Shown here: piece by piece, positions 9,940-19,602 of the stretch
Layout of the letters: every line of letters starts with the position of its first letter
How positions within the stretch are numbered: the first letter of the stretch is position 1
NCBI GenBank assembly: GCA_032128875.1
Contig: JAVLKG010000002.1
Location: 544,001 to 608,000 of the forward strand
Direction: 5' to 3'
DNA from: Candidatus Melainabacteria bacterium 17Bon1m
GTDB lineage: Bacteria > Cyanobacteriota > Vampirovibrionia > Obscuribacterales > Obscuribacteraceae
DNA length: 64,000 nt
Made by a program: the position numbers and the translations under genes
Notes under the pieces: model-generated
Databases searched by the model: none
The model's input: only the letters and a program-made list of their open reading frames with translations
Told to the model about the DNA's origin: nothing

Positions 9940-10794
9940 TTAATGAGTGTGCATTTCTCTTGCCATTTGCTGCAGGCGGAAAATGCGCTCTTGTGTGGGC
10001 GGGTGTGTAGACATTAAGTTGAACAGCCAATTTTGTGGAAAAGGATTGGCAATATACAGGGATGAATAAGCTGGATTACTATCAGTCATCGGTCTGACTT
10101 GCGCACCACGTTCGATTTTCGCCAGCGCATCCGCCAATTCAAGGGGCTTGCCGCACATCTCGGCACCAGTCGCATCAGCTTCATACTCACGAGATCTGGA
10201 GATTGCCAAATTTATGAGTGTTGCAGCAATCGGTGCAAAGATTGCTGCGACAAGCATGACTATCGGATTCGGACCGTCATCGTCTCTCGAACCTACAAAG
10301 TAAATTCCATTTTGCGCAACCATTGTGACCACGCCGGCAAGCACCGCAGCGATTGTAGTGAGAAGTACATCTCGGTTTTTTACGTGACCCAACTCGTGAG
10401 CCAGTACGCCTTCCAATTCGCTTTCGGAAAGCATTTTGAGAATTCCTGCGGTGACAGCGACAGCAGAGTGTTCTGGGTCGCGCCCAGTGGCGAAGGCGTT
10501 AGGTGAATCTGTAGGAATCAAATATATAGGGGGCACTGGTATTCCCGCTTTGGCTGCCAACCTTTCAATGATCTCGTAGAGCACTGGCGCTTGCTCTCTG
10601 GCGATCGGCTGTGCTCCGTGGGCTGCCAATGCAATTTTGTCGGAAAACCAATAGCTGCCGACATTCATTACGCAGGCGAAAACAAAGGCAATCATCATGC
10701 CGGATTTGCCGCCAAATATACCGCCCACTAGCACAATCAAAGCGGTGAGAACGCCCATGAAAACTAAGGTCTTCAGTGTATTGACGAAATGCAT
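9940..10794 (-). CDS. htpX: Zinc metalloprotease HtpX (M48)
   Basis: PNAFATGR, HELGH, SRSREYEAD and STHPP motifs; N-terminal TM pair. Confidence 0.93.
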   Translation of the reverse strand: MHFVNTLKTLVFMGVLTALIVLVGGIFGGKSGMMIAFVFACVMNVGSYWFSDKIALAAHGAQPIAREQAPVLYEIIERLAAKAGIPVPPIYLIPTDSPNAFATGRDPEHSAVAVTAGILKMLSESELEGVLAHELGHVKNRDVLLTTIAAVLAGVVTMVAQNGIYFVGSRDDDGPNPIVMLVAAIFAPIAATLINLAISRSREYEADATGAEMCGKPLELADALAKIERGAQVRPMTDSNPAYSSLYIANPFPQNWLFNLMSTHPPTQERIFRLQQMAREMHTH

Positions 10795-10950
10795 AATCGG
10801 TTACCTATTGCCCCTAGGTGAGTAGCCACATAACTACATTCACTTTATGCAGCAGAAAAGTAAAATTCCCCGTTGATAGCGATTTCTTAAACATCTTGCA
10901 CCCTGGCGCTCTATAATCGTCAACCTGTCGAAAGACTTGTTGCAGAAGGA

Positions 10951-12348
10951 ATGAAGATGGCTGAAACACGCAAAGAAAGAGACTCGATGGGCGAGATGGA
11001 AGTTCCTGCCGATGCCTATTACGGAGCGAGCACTCAGCGAGCCGTAATCAACTTCCCAATTAGTGACCTTCGATTTTCAAGAACGTTTGTCAGGGCTCTT
11101 GGCCTGATAAAGAGATTTGCTGCAGAAGCCAATCTTGAGTTTGGTGACCTGGCAGAAAAGAACGCACAAGCGATCTCAAAAGCGGCACAAGAGGTTGCCG
11201 ACGGTCAGTTCGACACACATTTTGTCGTCGATGTTTTTCAAACGGGCTCCGGCACTTCGACAAATATGAATGCAAATGAAGTAATTGCCAATCGTGCCAT
11301 GGAAATTTTGGGCGGTAAGCTCGGAGACCGCCATCTCGTCCATCCTAATGATCACGTCAACTTTGGTATGTCTTCTAATGATTGCATTCCTACTGCAATT
11401 CATATCGCCGCCTTGATCGATATCAAAGAGAGCCTGAGACCCGCACTAGAAGAGTTGAATGCATCACTCAAGAAAAAATCTGATGAGTTCATGCCAGTAA
11501 TCAAAACCGGCCGAACCCACTTGCAAGACGCAACACCGATTCGGCTAGGACAGGAGTTTCTCGGATATGCAGGGCAAGTAGAACGCGCACTTGAGCGCCT
11601 TGATTACTCTGTTTCCAGACTATCCGAAGTTGCACTTGGTGGTACTGCTGTTGGTACCGGAATCAACAGCCGTCCCGAGTTTCCTTCAAAAGTGTTGGGC
11701 AAAATTTCAAAGGTTATTGGGATTGAACTTAAGGAATCAGACAATCATTTCCAAGCTCAAAGCACCATTGATGAAGTCGTTGACTGTTCTGGGCAGCTGA
11801 AGACGATTGCAGTAAGTTTGCTCAAAATTGCAAACGATATTCGCTGGCTCGGATGTGGTCCACGAGGGGGAATTGGCGAGATTGCATTGCCCGAGGTTCA
11901 ACCGGGTTCGTCCATTATGCCGGGTAAGGTCAATCCTGTAATCGCGGAATCTCTGACAATGGTTTGTGCGCAAGTAATTGGAAATGATGCCACCATTGCA
12001 GTCGCCGGAGCTTCTGGAAATTTCGAGTTGAACGTGATGATGCCGGTGGCTGCGTACAACTTATTACAGTCGATAAATCTGTTGGCGACAGCATCCTCGA
12101 ATTTCAGCAGACAATGCATAGATGGATTAACAGCAACAGACAAGGGTCCTCACTTTGTTGAGCAAGGCTTGGCATTGTGTACGGCACTTGTTCCTGCAAT
12201 TGGATATGATGCGTCTGCAAACATATCCAAGATAGCGTTTAAGACTGGAAAAACGGTACGAGAAGTAGCGCTTCAGGAGACTAAGCTCTCGAAGGAAGAA
12301 CTTGATGCACTACTTGATCCATTTAAAATGACGGCACCTGGATTGTGA
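10951..12348 (+). CDS. fumC: Class II fumarate hydratase
   Basis: QTGSGTSTNMNANEV, GRTHLQDA and the signature GSSIMPGKVNP. Confidence 0.95.
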   Translation: MKMAETRKERDSMGEMEVPADAYYGASTQRAVINFPISDLRFSRTFVRALGLIKRFAAEANLEFGDLAEKNAQAISKAAQEVADGQFDTHFVVDVFQTGSGTSTNMNANEVIANRAMEILGGKLGDRHLVHPNDHVNFGMSSNDCIPTAIHIAALIDIKESLRPALEELNASLKKKSDEFMPVIKTGRTHLQDATPIRLGQEFLGYAGQVERALERLDYSVSRLSEVALGGTAVGTGINSRPEFPSKVLGKISKVIGIELKESDNHFQAQSTIDEVVDCSGQLKTIAVSLLKIANDIRWLGCGPRGGIGEIALPEVQPGSSIMPGKVNPVIAESLTMVCAQVIGNDATIAVAGASGNFELNVMMPVAAYNLLQSINLLATASSNFSRQCIDGLTATDKGPHFVEQGLALCTALVPAIGYDASANISKIAFKTGKTVREVALQETKLSKEELDALLDPFKMTAPGL

Positions 12349-12370
12349 TGAACTTGGAGGAACTGCTTCT

Positions 12371-13054
12371 ATGAATCTGAGATATGTGATTGCATTGTCC
12401 TTTTCGCTTGCCTTTACATTTTCCCTTGCTTCTTCACTTCCCGCCTTCTCACAATCAACACCGGCGTCTCCGGCTGCGGCTGCTATTGATCCGGCTAAGC
12501 TCACCTTGCCAGACCCGGCAGAGTGTTTAAGGCGTGTTCGCGGATTCGAACCTACATTGCTCAACTTGAAGCAAACTTGCAAAGGAACGATCAATGCAAT
12601 TATTCCTGACGCTGCCGCCTATGAGAAAACGTTGCCTCCGATTGATAAAGTCATCGCCGACAAAGACGCTAAGAACCTCAGGAATTACGGCGGTTTGAGC
12701 GAAGCGTTTTTCTACAACGACAACGCTGAAAAAGGAAAAGAGCTGTTTTCTAAATTCGAAGCAAATGCCGAAAGCATATTAGGCGCTGAGGACACTTTTC
12801 TTGGACTCGTAAAAGGTGACATCGGCCTCTACTATTATTTTCAAAACGATTTTGCCAATGCAGAAACGTACATACTAGACGCTGTATCGAAGCTAGAACC
12901 GCATTTAAATGCAGCTAACTCAAACAATGTTTTGAGCTCATACATGGCATTGTGCTTGATTTACGACAAGGCTGGAAAACAAGATAAAGCACTTGCGTAT
13001 GCAACCAAAGCTGTTGATCTTTCAATAAAGCAAAGACAAGCACCAGTAAAGTAA
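12371..13054 (+). CDS. Exported TPR-like helical hypothetical protein
   Basis: Signal peptide, GGAGG RBS, C-terminal TPR-like helices (GLYYYFQNDFANAE; IYDKAGKQDKALAY). Confidence 0.7.
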   Translation: MNLRYVIALSFSLAFTFSLASSLPAFSQSTPASPAAAAIDPAKLTLPDPAECLRRVRGFEPTLLNLKQTCKGTINAIIPDAAAYEKTLPPIDKVIADKDAKNLRNYGGLSEAFFYNDNAEKGKELFSKFEANAESILGAEDTFLGLVKGDIGLYYYFQNDFANAETYILDAVSKLEPHLNAANSNNVLSSYMALCLIYDKAGKQDKALAYATKAVDLSIKQRQAPVK

Positions 13055-13292
13055 CAGAATAAGTTGAGCGTGCTGTGCTTATCGGCGATTGCTCAATAGC
13101 ATGACACTGATTTACGACAGTTGCGGCCAAAGAGAAGATGCTAGTTTGACTACTAAATGCAGATGAGTACTGTGTTTATGGCTCATGCACCAGCAATTTG
13201 TACGTTCCTAACGAATTAACCTCCGATTTATTCATTTGCGACTAAGATATGCGGATGTTGTAAATGCGTCACATACGCGCGAGGATTTTTCT

Positions 13293-14543
13293 ATGACTAC
13301 TTTTAGAGAGGCAGCGGATGCCGGGTATCTCAAGTTGGTCGCACTTTGGGACAAGGGTAAAGCGTTTAACCCTCCCACGGAGGGTGGTGGCGGACGCTTT
13401 TGGATGGCAGGCAATACCGTTCAAGTAGCAGTCGACTATCTTGTACAAACGCAGCAAAGCGACAAACTCGGCTATATGTCTGACGCGATTTCATTCTTTG
13501 AAACTTGGGTGAAGGGTAACGATCCAGATCCGAAGAATTGGAAGAACAACGGAACTTGGATCGACGATTACGGATGGTGGGGTATCGCTCTCATCAAAGC
13601 GTATGAATTCTCTGGCGTTTTAGGTTATGACAACGATCCTGTTTTGAAAGGAAAGATCGAGAAACACGTGAAAGATTGCTGGACTGCAATGCATGCAGCT
13701 TGGGATCCAACGCGCGTTCCCAATGATGATCCAAGGATAAACATCGTTGGAGGCATCAACAACTCAATCCAGGGTGTAAGCGACAAAGTTAAGTTGGCTG
13801 GAAGAAACTGCGTCACTAATGAAGTTTATTGGCTCTTGAGTCTATTGATGGCAAGAGTAATGAACGATAAGAGCTATCTCGATCCAGCCACCGATGCATC
13901 TGCTTGGTTTACTGCTGCCATAAATGCCAACATTCTCAGCCGAGTGGACATGATCAATGGTCAAGAAGATTACACCAATTTGGTATTGGAGCGATTCAAA
14001 GGTGTGCCAAATTACACAGATCCCAAAGTAGATAACTTGGTCTGGACTGGAGATCAAGGACTCTTCATTGGCGCTAGCATTGAAAACGTTGCCCAAAATC
14101 GCTCGGATCAACCCGGATTGCTGGCGGCTTACAACATTGCCGATTCGGTGAAGCAACGCATGACGCTAAAAAATCAGGTGGTACACGAAGAACTGTTCAA
14201 GATTGCAGATTATCGAATGGATTATGCGGGCGGTAAGGGCGTATTCATGCGTAATCTGCAAGTGCTGAATGTCATCGACCATAAAGAGTCCAATGGACAA
14301 TACGATCCCATCATCAAAGCAAATGCTTCGGCTGTTTGGAATAATCGTCTACCAGATCAGAGATTCCGTTATTACTGGAATGCTGAGCTTCCAGAACCTG
14401 ATGTCGCTACTTGGAAATACAACAAGACAATTGTGGATGCGGTTCTGCATGCTTCAGGTCTGAGTGCGCTGACTGCAGCATTGCCTTGGTTTGCTGACCA
14501 GCAAATTCAGCCAGTTGCTGTGGCTGGTGCGGTAGGCGGCTAG
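13293..14543 (+). CDS. GH76-like glycoside hydrolase (alpha-1,6-mannanase family)
   Basis: Catalytic-type DD motif IDDYGWWGIA, NCVTNE, WTGDQGL, KGVFMRNL, NASAVW. GAGGA RBS before ATG 13293. Confidence 0.7.
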   Translation: MTTFREAADAGYLKLVALWDKGKAFNPPTEGGGGRFWMAGNTVQVAVDYLVQTQQSDKLGYMSDAISFFETWVKGNDPDPKNWKNNGTWIDDYGWWGIALIKAYEFSGVLGYDNDPVLKGKIEKHVKDCWTAMHAAWDPTRVPNDDPRINIVGGINNSIQGVSDKVKLAGRNCVTNEVYWLLSLLMARVMNDKSYLDPATDASAWFTAAINANILSRVDMINGQEDYTNLVLERFKGVPNYTDPKVDNLVWTGDQGLFIGASIENVAQNRSDQPGLLAAYNIADSVKQRMTLKNQVVHEELFKIADYRMDYAGGKGVFMRNLQVLNVIDHKESNGQYDPIIKANASAVWNNRLPDQRFRYYWNAELPEPDVATWKYNKTIVDAVLHASGLSALTAALPWFADQQIQPVAVAGAVGG

Positions 14544-14558
14544 CTAAATCAGATTGAT

Positions 14559-14597
14559 AACATGAGGATTGGTGGTTTCATCAATCCTCGTTGTTTT
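14559..14597 (+). terminator. Intrinsic terminator hairpin between convergent genes
   Basis: GAGGATTGGTG-GTTT-CATCAATCCTC followed by GTTGTTTT. Confidence 0.65.
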
Positions 14598-14638
14598 CTG
14601 ATCTGTCTGAATTTATCGTCTGCCTGATTTGTGAGCAC

Positions 14639-15589
14639 TCAATCGTAGTGGCGCATCTCGCTTCGGTCATCTACGCCCCCAGGATTTGATGCGCTTGCTT
14701 TTTTGCCTACATAGTCGAACGTGTATTCGATGTCGATCGTCGGTGGAGAGCCAGAGCCAAGTTTTGGCAGTGGACTTATTGCAGAAATAGTTTTCATCGC
14801 AGAATCATCACATGCTTTGTTGCCGGAAGATTTAGCGACTCTCGGGTTTGATGTTTTTCCTGATTTATCAACAGTGAAGTGAACTACAACTTTCATTGGT
14901 TTCAAACCGGCCGGCGGGCGCCAAGCATTTCTGATTTTGCTTTGAATTGCAGCCATGTAGCGAGCTCCGTCGAATGGCTCTATTACTACATCGTCGCTTG
15001 GATTTGGAGCGGAGTTTTTTGAATGAGTTGTGGATTGCGTTGGTGTCTGTTTTGCCGAAGTTTTCGATGTTTCAGGTGGGGAGTTTTCATTTGCTTCTTC
15101 TGTCTCTTGCGCCTCTTCATCCTCTTTCCTTTCGCTATACCTAGACTTGGGCGGATGTTTTACTGCATCGATAAAGGCAAGCGTGACGCATCCGCCGAAC
15201 ATAGTGAGGCAAATCAAAACAGCAACTATGCCTGTTGATTGTCGAACAAAACGTGTTGAATTGCGCCGCTTTGCCTTAGCAATTTGCTTGAGGATGTCTG
15301 CGTTGTTTGTTGCTTCTGCAATTGCTGTGAGAAACAGTTCGTCTCCGCAAATGAGTGTGTCGCCAGTTTGATGCGCTTGCAAAACGATTTTGTCTTCGGC
15401 CGAGCCGCCAACTCTGACTTCCCATTCGGTCAGTGGGACAGAGATTGGTTCGTTGTCATTTTCTTCCAGATAAATAATTATCATGTCGTCTTGGAAGGAA
15501 ACGGTAGCAGGAATAGATTCTCCCGTACCGCGCTCATAGAGTCGCGCCAGGAAGTTCATCTGCCGGTCGCCTAACTGTCTGCTGCCCAT
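14639..15589 (-). CDS. Membrane protein: N-terminal cytoplasmic domain, one TM, linker, TonB/TolA C-terminal domain
   Basis: YMAAIQSKIRNAWRPP...VHFTVDKSG...SSGNKACDDSA...PLP...IEYTF is TonB_C/TolA-like; acidic/Pro linker after the TM. Confidence 0.8.
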   Translation of the reverse strand: MGSRQLGDRQMNFLARLYERGTGESIPATVSFQDDMIIIYLEENDNEPISVPLTEWEVRVGGSAEDKIVLQAHQTGDTLICGDELFLTAIAEATNNADILKQIAKAKRRNSTRFVRQSTGIVAVLICLTMFGGCVTLAFIDAVKHPPKSRYSERKEDEEAQETEEANENSPPETSKTSAKQTPTQSTTHSKNSAPNPSDDVVIEPFDGARYMAAIQSKIRNAWRPPAGLKPMKVVVHFTVDKSGKTSNPRVAKSSGNKACDDSAMKTISAISPLPKLGSGSPPTIDIEYTFDYVGKKASASNPGGVDDRSEMRHYD

Positions 15590-15719
15590 TTATCCCCACA
15601 AGCATGCTCCTTGGAATATTCCCAGTTACTAGCAAAGCTCTTACGTTTAAGAATCTAATTTTCTGTTTGACTTGGCTTTACCACGGGTAAGTGGGACAAG
15701 TCACCTGGGAGCTAGTCAA

Positions 15720-16424
15720 ATGCAATACGACGTCTTGCACGAGGGGTCTAACGCCGTACTTCTGGTTTCGTTGAAACGCGGCGAATCGGTGAGAGCGGAA
15801 TCGGGCGCAATGGTAGCCAAATCGCCGAAACTCCATATCCGCGGAAAAATGTGGGGCGGTTTTTTTGGAGCATTGCAGCGCTCTGTATTGGGTGGAGAAA
15901 CATTCTTCTTTCAAGAAATTTCTGCTGAAGACGGCAACGGTGATGTGTTATTGGCACCAAGTTTGATCGGTGATGTGAAAGTCATTTCGCTTCAGGACGG
16001 TCAGGATTATTATGTGCAAAATGGCTGTTTATTGGCTGCATTAGAGCACGTGGAGATGGGCACGAAGGCACAGAAGTTGACCGCCGGTTTATTCTCCGGT
16101 GCGGGTTTTTTCGTCCTTCATCTCAAAGGCAGCGGACATTTTGTCATCAGCGCATTTGGCGCAATTATGGAAATACCTATTCCCGCCGGTCAGGAATATA
16201 TCGTCGACAACGGGCATGTCGTCGCCTGGTCTGGAGACACTGAGTATCACATGGTTAAAGCTGGAAAAACATGGTTTAGCAGCATGACGAGCGGTGAGGG
16301 GCTTGCATGTAAATTTCAAGGACCTGGAAAGGTTTGGATTCAAACGCGCAATCCTCGATCGTTTGGAGCCTGGATCGGTCAGTTTGTAAGAGCACGGGGC
16401 GGACTGCTTTCTCTTATCGGATAA
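15720..16424 (+). CDS. AIM24/TIGR00266 family protein
   Basis: AESGAM, GGETFF, FSGAGFF, VDNGHVVAW, SGEGL and GPGKVWIQTR motifs. ATG 15720 follows GGGAG. Confidence 0.9.
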   Translation: MQYDVLHEGSNAVLLVSLKRGESVRAESGAMVAKSPKLHIRGKMWGGFFGALQRSVLGGETFFFQEISAEDGNGDVLLAPSLIGDVKVISLQDGQDYYVQNGCLLAALEHVEMGTKAQKLTAGLFSGAGFFVLHLKGSGHFVISAFGAIMEIPIPAGQEYIVDNGHVVAWSGDTEYHMVKAGKTWFSSMTSGEGLACKFQGPGKVWIQTRNPRSFGAWIGQFVRARGGLLSLIG

Positions 16425-16436
16425 ACAGAAACAGTT

Positions 16437-17537
16437 GTGGAAAGTTATCAGGCACGATTTTATGATTCTTCCAGCAGTGCGCCGGACCAAGTGCGAGTGC
16501 AGGTTGGCAGCGGAAAGATCAGTGTTGTGGGCACCGCATTTTGTATACCCTTCGAAGAGCTTACTTTGCAAGTCGGCGGGCACGATGGTGACAGGTTTAA
16601 ACTCGTTTGCGAGCGTCAGAGTGTTGCAATCGTTTCGGAAGATCGCAATTTGCTAACTGCAATTGCTAATGCTGCAGGTGGAACTGAGCTTGGCAAACAA
16701 GCTGCTCTAGCAGATCGCAAGATCGTTAAAAGAAGCTCGAACAAAGCTCGCTACTGGACAATTGTCGCGGGTTCTATCGCCGCACTGGGAATAGCGGGAT
16801 ACTTGCTGCTCGACCCGTTGTCAGCCGCGGTTGCGACCATGATCGATCCATCATTCGAAATTAAGTTGGGCGAAATGCTCGCTCAGACGGACAAGCTCGA
16901 TAAGAAATCTGAGAGTTACAAGCGCGTTGCAAATATAGGTCAGAAGCTTGTTGCTCAACTGGATAAGTGTCCCTACAAGTTTCAGTTCTACGTGAAGAAG
17001 GACAAGGAGATTAATGCTTGTGCATATCCCGGTGGCATTCTTATTGTCAATTCTGCGCTTATCGAAGAGGCTAAGAGTGATGATGAATTGGCTGGTGTTA
17101 TCTCGCATGAAATCGGACACGTGATCCACCGCCACACGTTGAAGCAAGCACTGCATAATTGCGGATTGATCACTTGCCTCAGTATCATCTCAGGGGGCGT
17201 GGGAGATAACGAGAAAATTGAAGCAGCATTTGCATTGGCACAGAAGTTGGAATCACTAAATTTCAGCAGAACACAAGAAACTGACGCCGACTTGACTGGT
17301 TTAGCGTTAGAAGTAAAAGCAGGCTATAGCGGTGATGGACTGGTTGAATTTTTCAAGCTTTTAGAGAAACAAGAGAAGGCGCTGGGAAAAGGGGCTGCAC
17401 CGCTTTTTGCTATGTTGTCTACGCACCCAATGAGCGCTGAGAGAGTTGCAAGAATCGAAACAGAATTGAAGCGTCTTAAGGCAGAGAATAGCAAGGATAA
17501 AGAAGCATCCGGTGGAAACACTGACGGCGGAAAGTGA
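16437..17537 (+). CDS. M48 family metallopeptidase (Oma1/YfgC-like) with N-terminal cytoplasmic domain and one TM
   Basis: INACAYPGG, HEIGH, FSRTQETDAD and LSTHP motifs. Confidence 0.9.
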   Translation: MESYQARFYDSSSSAPDQVRVQVGSGKISVVGTAFCIPFEELTLQVGGHDGDRFKLVCERQSVAIVSEDRNLLTAIANAAGGTELGKQAALADRKIVKRSSNKARYWTIVAGSIAALGIAGYLLLDPLSAAVATMIDPSFEIKLGEMLAQTDKLDKKSESYKRVANIGQKLVAQLDKCPYKFQFYVKKDKEINACAYPGGILIVNSALIEEAKSDDELAGVISHEIGHVIHRHTLKQALHNCGLITCLSIISGGVGDNEKIEAAFALAQKLESLNFSRTQETDADLTGLALEVKAGYSGDGLVEFFKLLEKQEKALGKGAAPLFAMLSTHPMSAERVARIETELKRLKAENSKDKEASGGNTDGGK

Positions 17538-17555
17538 TGTGTTTGTGCTTTGGAG

Positions 17556-19469
17556 CTAGCCGACGTGAATGAGCGGGCGGCGTTTTGAATCGTGTTCTGC
17601 TGAGCGCAGAATTTCTCGTGTTAGAGGAGCTGTTTCACCCTCGCCCAAGAAAATGTATTTCACGATGTAAGAAATCGGGTGACCTTCAGTCCATCCGAGA
17701 TAGGCGTGAGGAACTTTGTGCGTACGATCACGGATGTAGAGAAGCAACGCCGCAAGAGCGTTAGGAACCGCTGATGAGGTGCATCTCAAAACCTGGTATC
17801 CGTTAATCACCTGACCGCTGACTTCAAGGCATTCATCGATAAACTCAGAGGTGTCGTCTGTCTTCACCTCAAAGAAGATGAAGTCACCTTCGGGATGTTG
17901 GATACTGTGAACGTGTCGTGCCCACTCTTCTTTGACACCATAATTGATATCATCCGGGCGGTGGGCAAGAATACGAATTTCCCCCCAGTGTTTTTCTGTC
18001 GCTTCGTCTATGAATTTTTCAGCTTGTTCATCGAGTTTGACTGAAGAAATGCGCAATTCTGTCGAGCGTATGGCACGAGAGATGAGCGAGCTGGCAAGAA
18101 TTGCAACGATGAAGAAAGATGCGATTTGCAAGCCTTCTGTGTTCTGCAGCGTGTTGGCGCAAAGTGTATAGATGAATATTGCGCTGATAAGAATAAAACA
18201 GATTCTAATCAGCCAGTTGCGTTTCCACATTGAGAATGTGGCGGCAATAGCTGCTGACGTCATCAACACAAGAACACCGGTCGCGTATGCTCCGGCTTGA
18301 GCATCGACGTTTGCTTTGAACATAATTGTCACTGCTGCTTCGACGATGAAGAAGAAAATCACCAGTGGACGAGTGGCGAGTGCCCAGTCAGGCGCCATGC
18401 CGTAGCGCGGCAAGTATTTTGGTACAAGCGTAAGCAAGCCGGCGATAGCAGACGCGCCGGCAAACCAGAGAATGGAGATGGTAGATAAGTCATAGATACT
18501 GCCGACCAAGTGACCGCAATACTTGTGGCATAGATACGAAAGTGCGCGGCCGTTTGCTTCGCCGCCTTCGGCAAACAATTCAGGTGGAATGAGCAGCGAA
18601 GTGGTGATACTACTTAAGGTCAGGTAAAAGCACATAATAATGGCAGCAGTTGCCAAAAGCTTTTTGGAATTCTTGATTCGACCCTGGGGATGTTTGGGAT
18701 CGTCGTGTGGAAGCCCTTTTACAAGCGGCATGACGGCGACGCCGGTTTCAAATCCTGAAAGACCCAGCGCCAGTTTGGGGAACAAAAGCATCGAGACGAG
18801 GAACATCTCAAGCGGCGAATGGTATCGATTCATAAGCGACTGCCATGCGTCGTCAAAAACATGTGGATTGTCCATCAAATGCTGACCGGCCGCAAACAGT
18901 ACATATGCGTTGAGACTAAGATAAATAGCTACAATGACGGCAGCAACTCCAATTGCTTCACGAAATCCTTTCAAGAAGACACCGGAGAGCAAACTGAGCA
19001 AAAGAAGCGTCACTAAGACACGATCTTTGTTATGCATCCAGACTGGAATGACTGGACTTTCGATAATGTGAGCAGTTGCGTCGGCTGCTGAAAGTGTAAT
19101 CGTAATGATGAATGCTGTTGCGGCAAAACCGAGCAATATAAGGACTACTGTTTTTCCTCGCCAGCCCCCCAGCAAACGCTCCAGCATTGAAACGGAGCCC
19201 TGTCCATGAGGGCTTTCTGATGCAACAACAAAATAAGTCGGTAGTGCTGCTGCCAGCGTCATGAGCACAAGAACTAGTGTCGCCAGTGGTGACAGTAAGC
19301 CGGCAGCAAGAAATGCGATACCGGGCTGATATCCCAAGGTGGAAAAGTAATCCACCCCAGTAAGGCACATAACTTTCCACCAACTGTCTTGATGGGCGGG
19401 CTCGGCCGTATTGGCCTTGGCGCCTTTCATCAGCCATTTGGAGAATTCGGTAGTCTGTTTTTTAGTCAC
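17556..19469 (-). CDS. APC-superfamily transporter, KimA/KUP-like (paralog 1)
   Basis: About 12 [12 protein letters not shown] in TM1, GLSGFETG in TM6, AYATGV; soluble C-terminal domain. Confidence 0.82.
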   Translation of the reverse strand: MTKKQTTEFSKWLMKGAKANTAEPAHQDSWWKVMCLTGVDYFSTLGYQPGIAFLAAGLLSPLATLVLVLMTLAAALPTYFVVASESPHGQGSVSMLERLLGGWRGKTVVLILLGFAATAFIITITLSAADATAHIIESPVIPVWMHNKDRVLVTLLLLSLLSGVFLKGFREAIGVAAVIVAIYLSLNAYVLFAAGQHLMDNPHVFDDAWQSLMNRYHSPLEMFLVSMLLFPKLALGLSGFETGVAVMPLVKGLPHDDPKHPQGRIKNSKKLLATAAIIMCFYLTLSSITTSLLIPPELFAEGGEANGRALSYLCHKYCGHLVGSIYDLSTISILWFAGASAIAGLLTLVPKYLPRYGMAPDWALATRPLVIFFFIVEAAVTIMFKANVDAQAGAYATGVLVLMTSAAIAATFSMWKRNWLIRICFILISAIFIYTLCANTLQNTEGLQIASFFIVAILASSLISRAIRSTELRISSVKLDEQAEKFIDEATEKHWGEIRILAHRPDDINYGVKEEWARHVHSIQHPEGDFIFFEVKTDDTSEFIDECLEVSGQVINGYQVLRCTSSAVPNALAALLLYIRDRTHKVPHAYLGWTEGHPISYIVKYIFLGEGETAPLTREILRSAEHDSKRRPLIHVG

Positions 19470-19602
19470 AGGGGTGAGTCGATCTATTGAACGAATCCGA
19501 ATCTAACTTTACTTCTAGCCATTCCACGTTTCAATCCCGGGCGCATCAATTCTTTCAGACAAGGGCAAGACTTAACTTCGAGCACTTTTCAAGTAAATAA
19601 AC

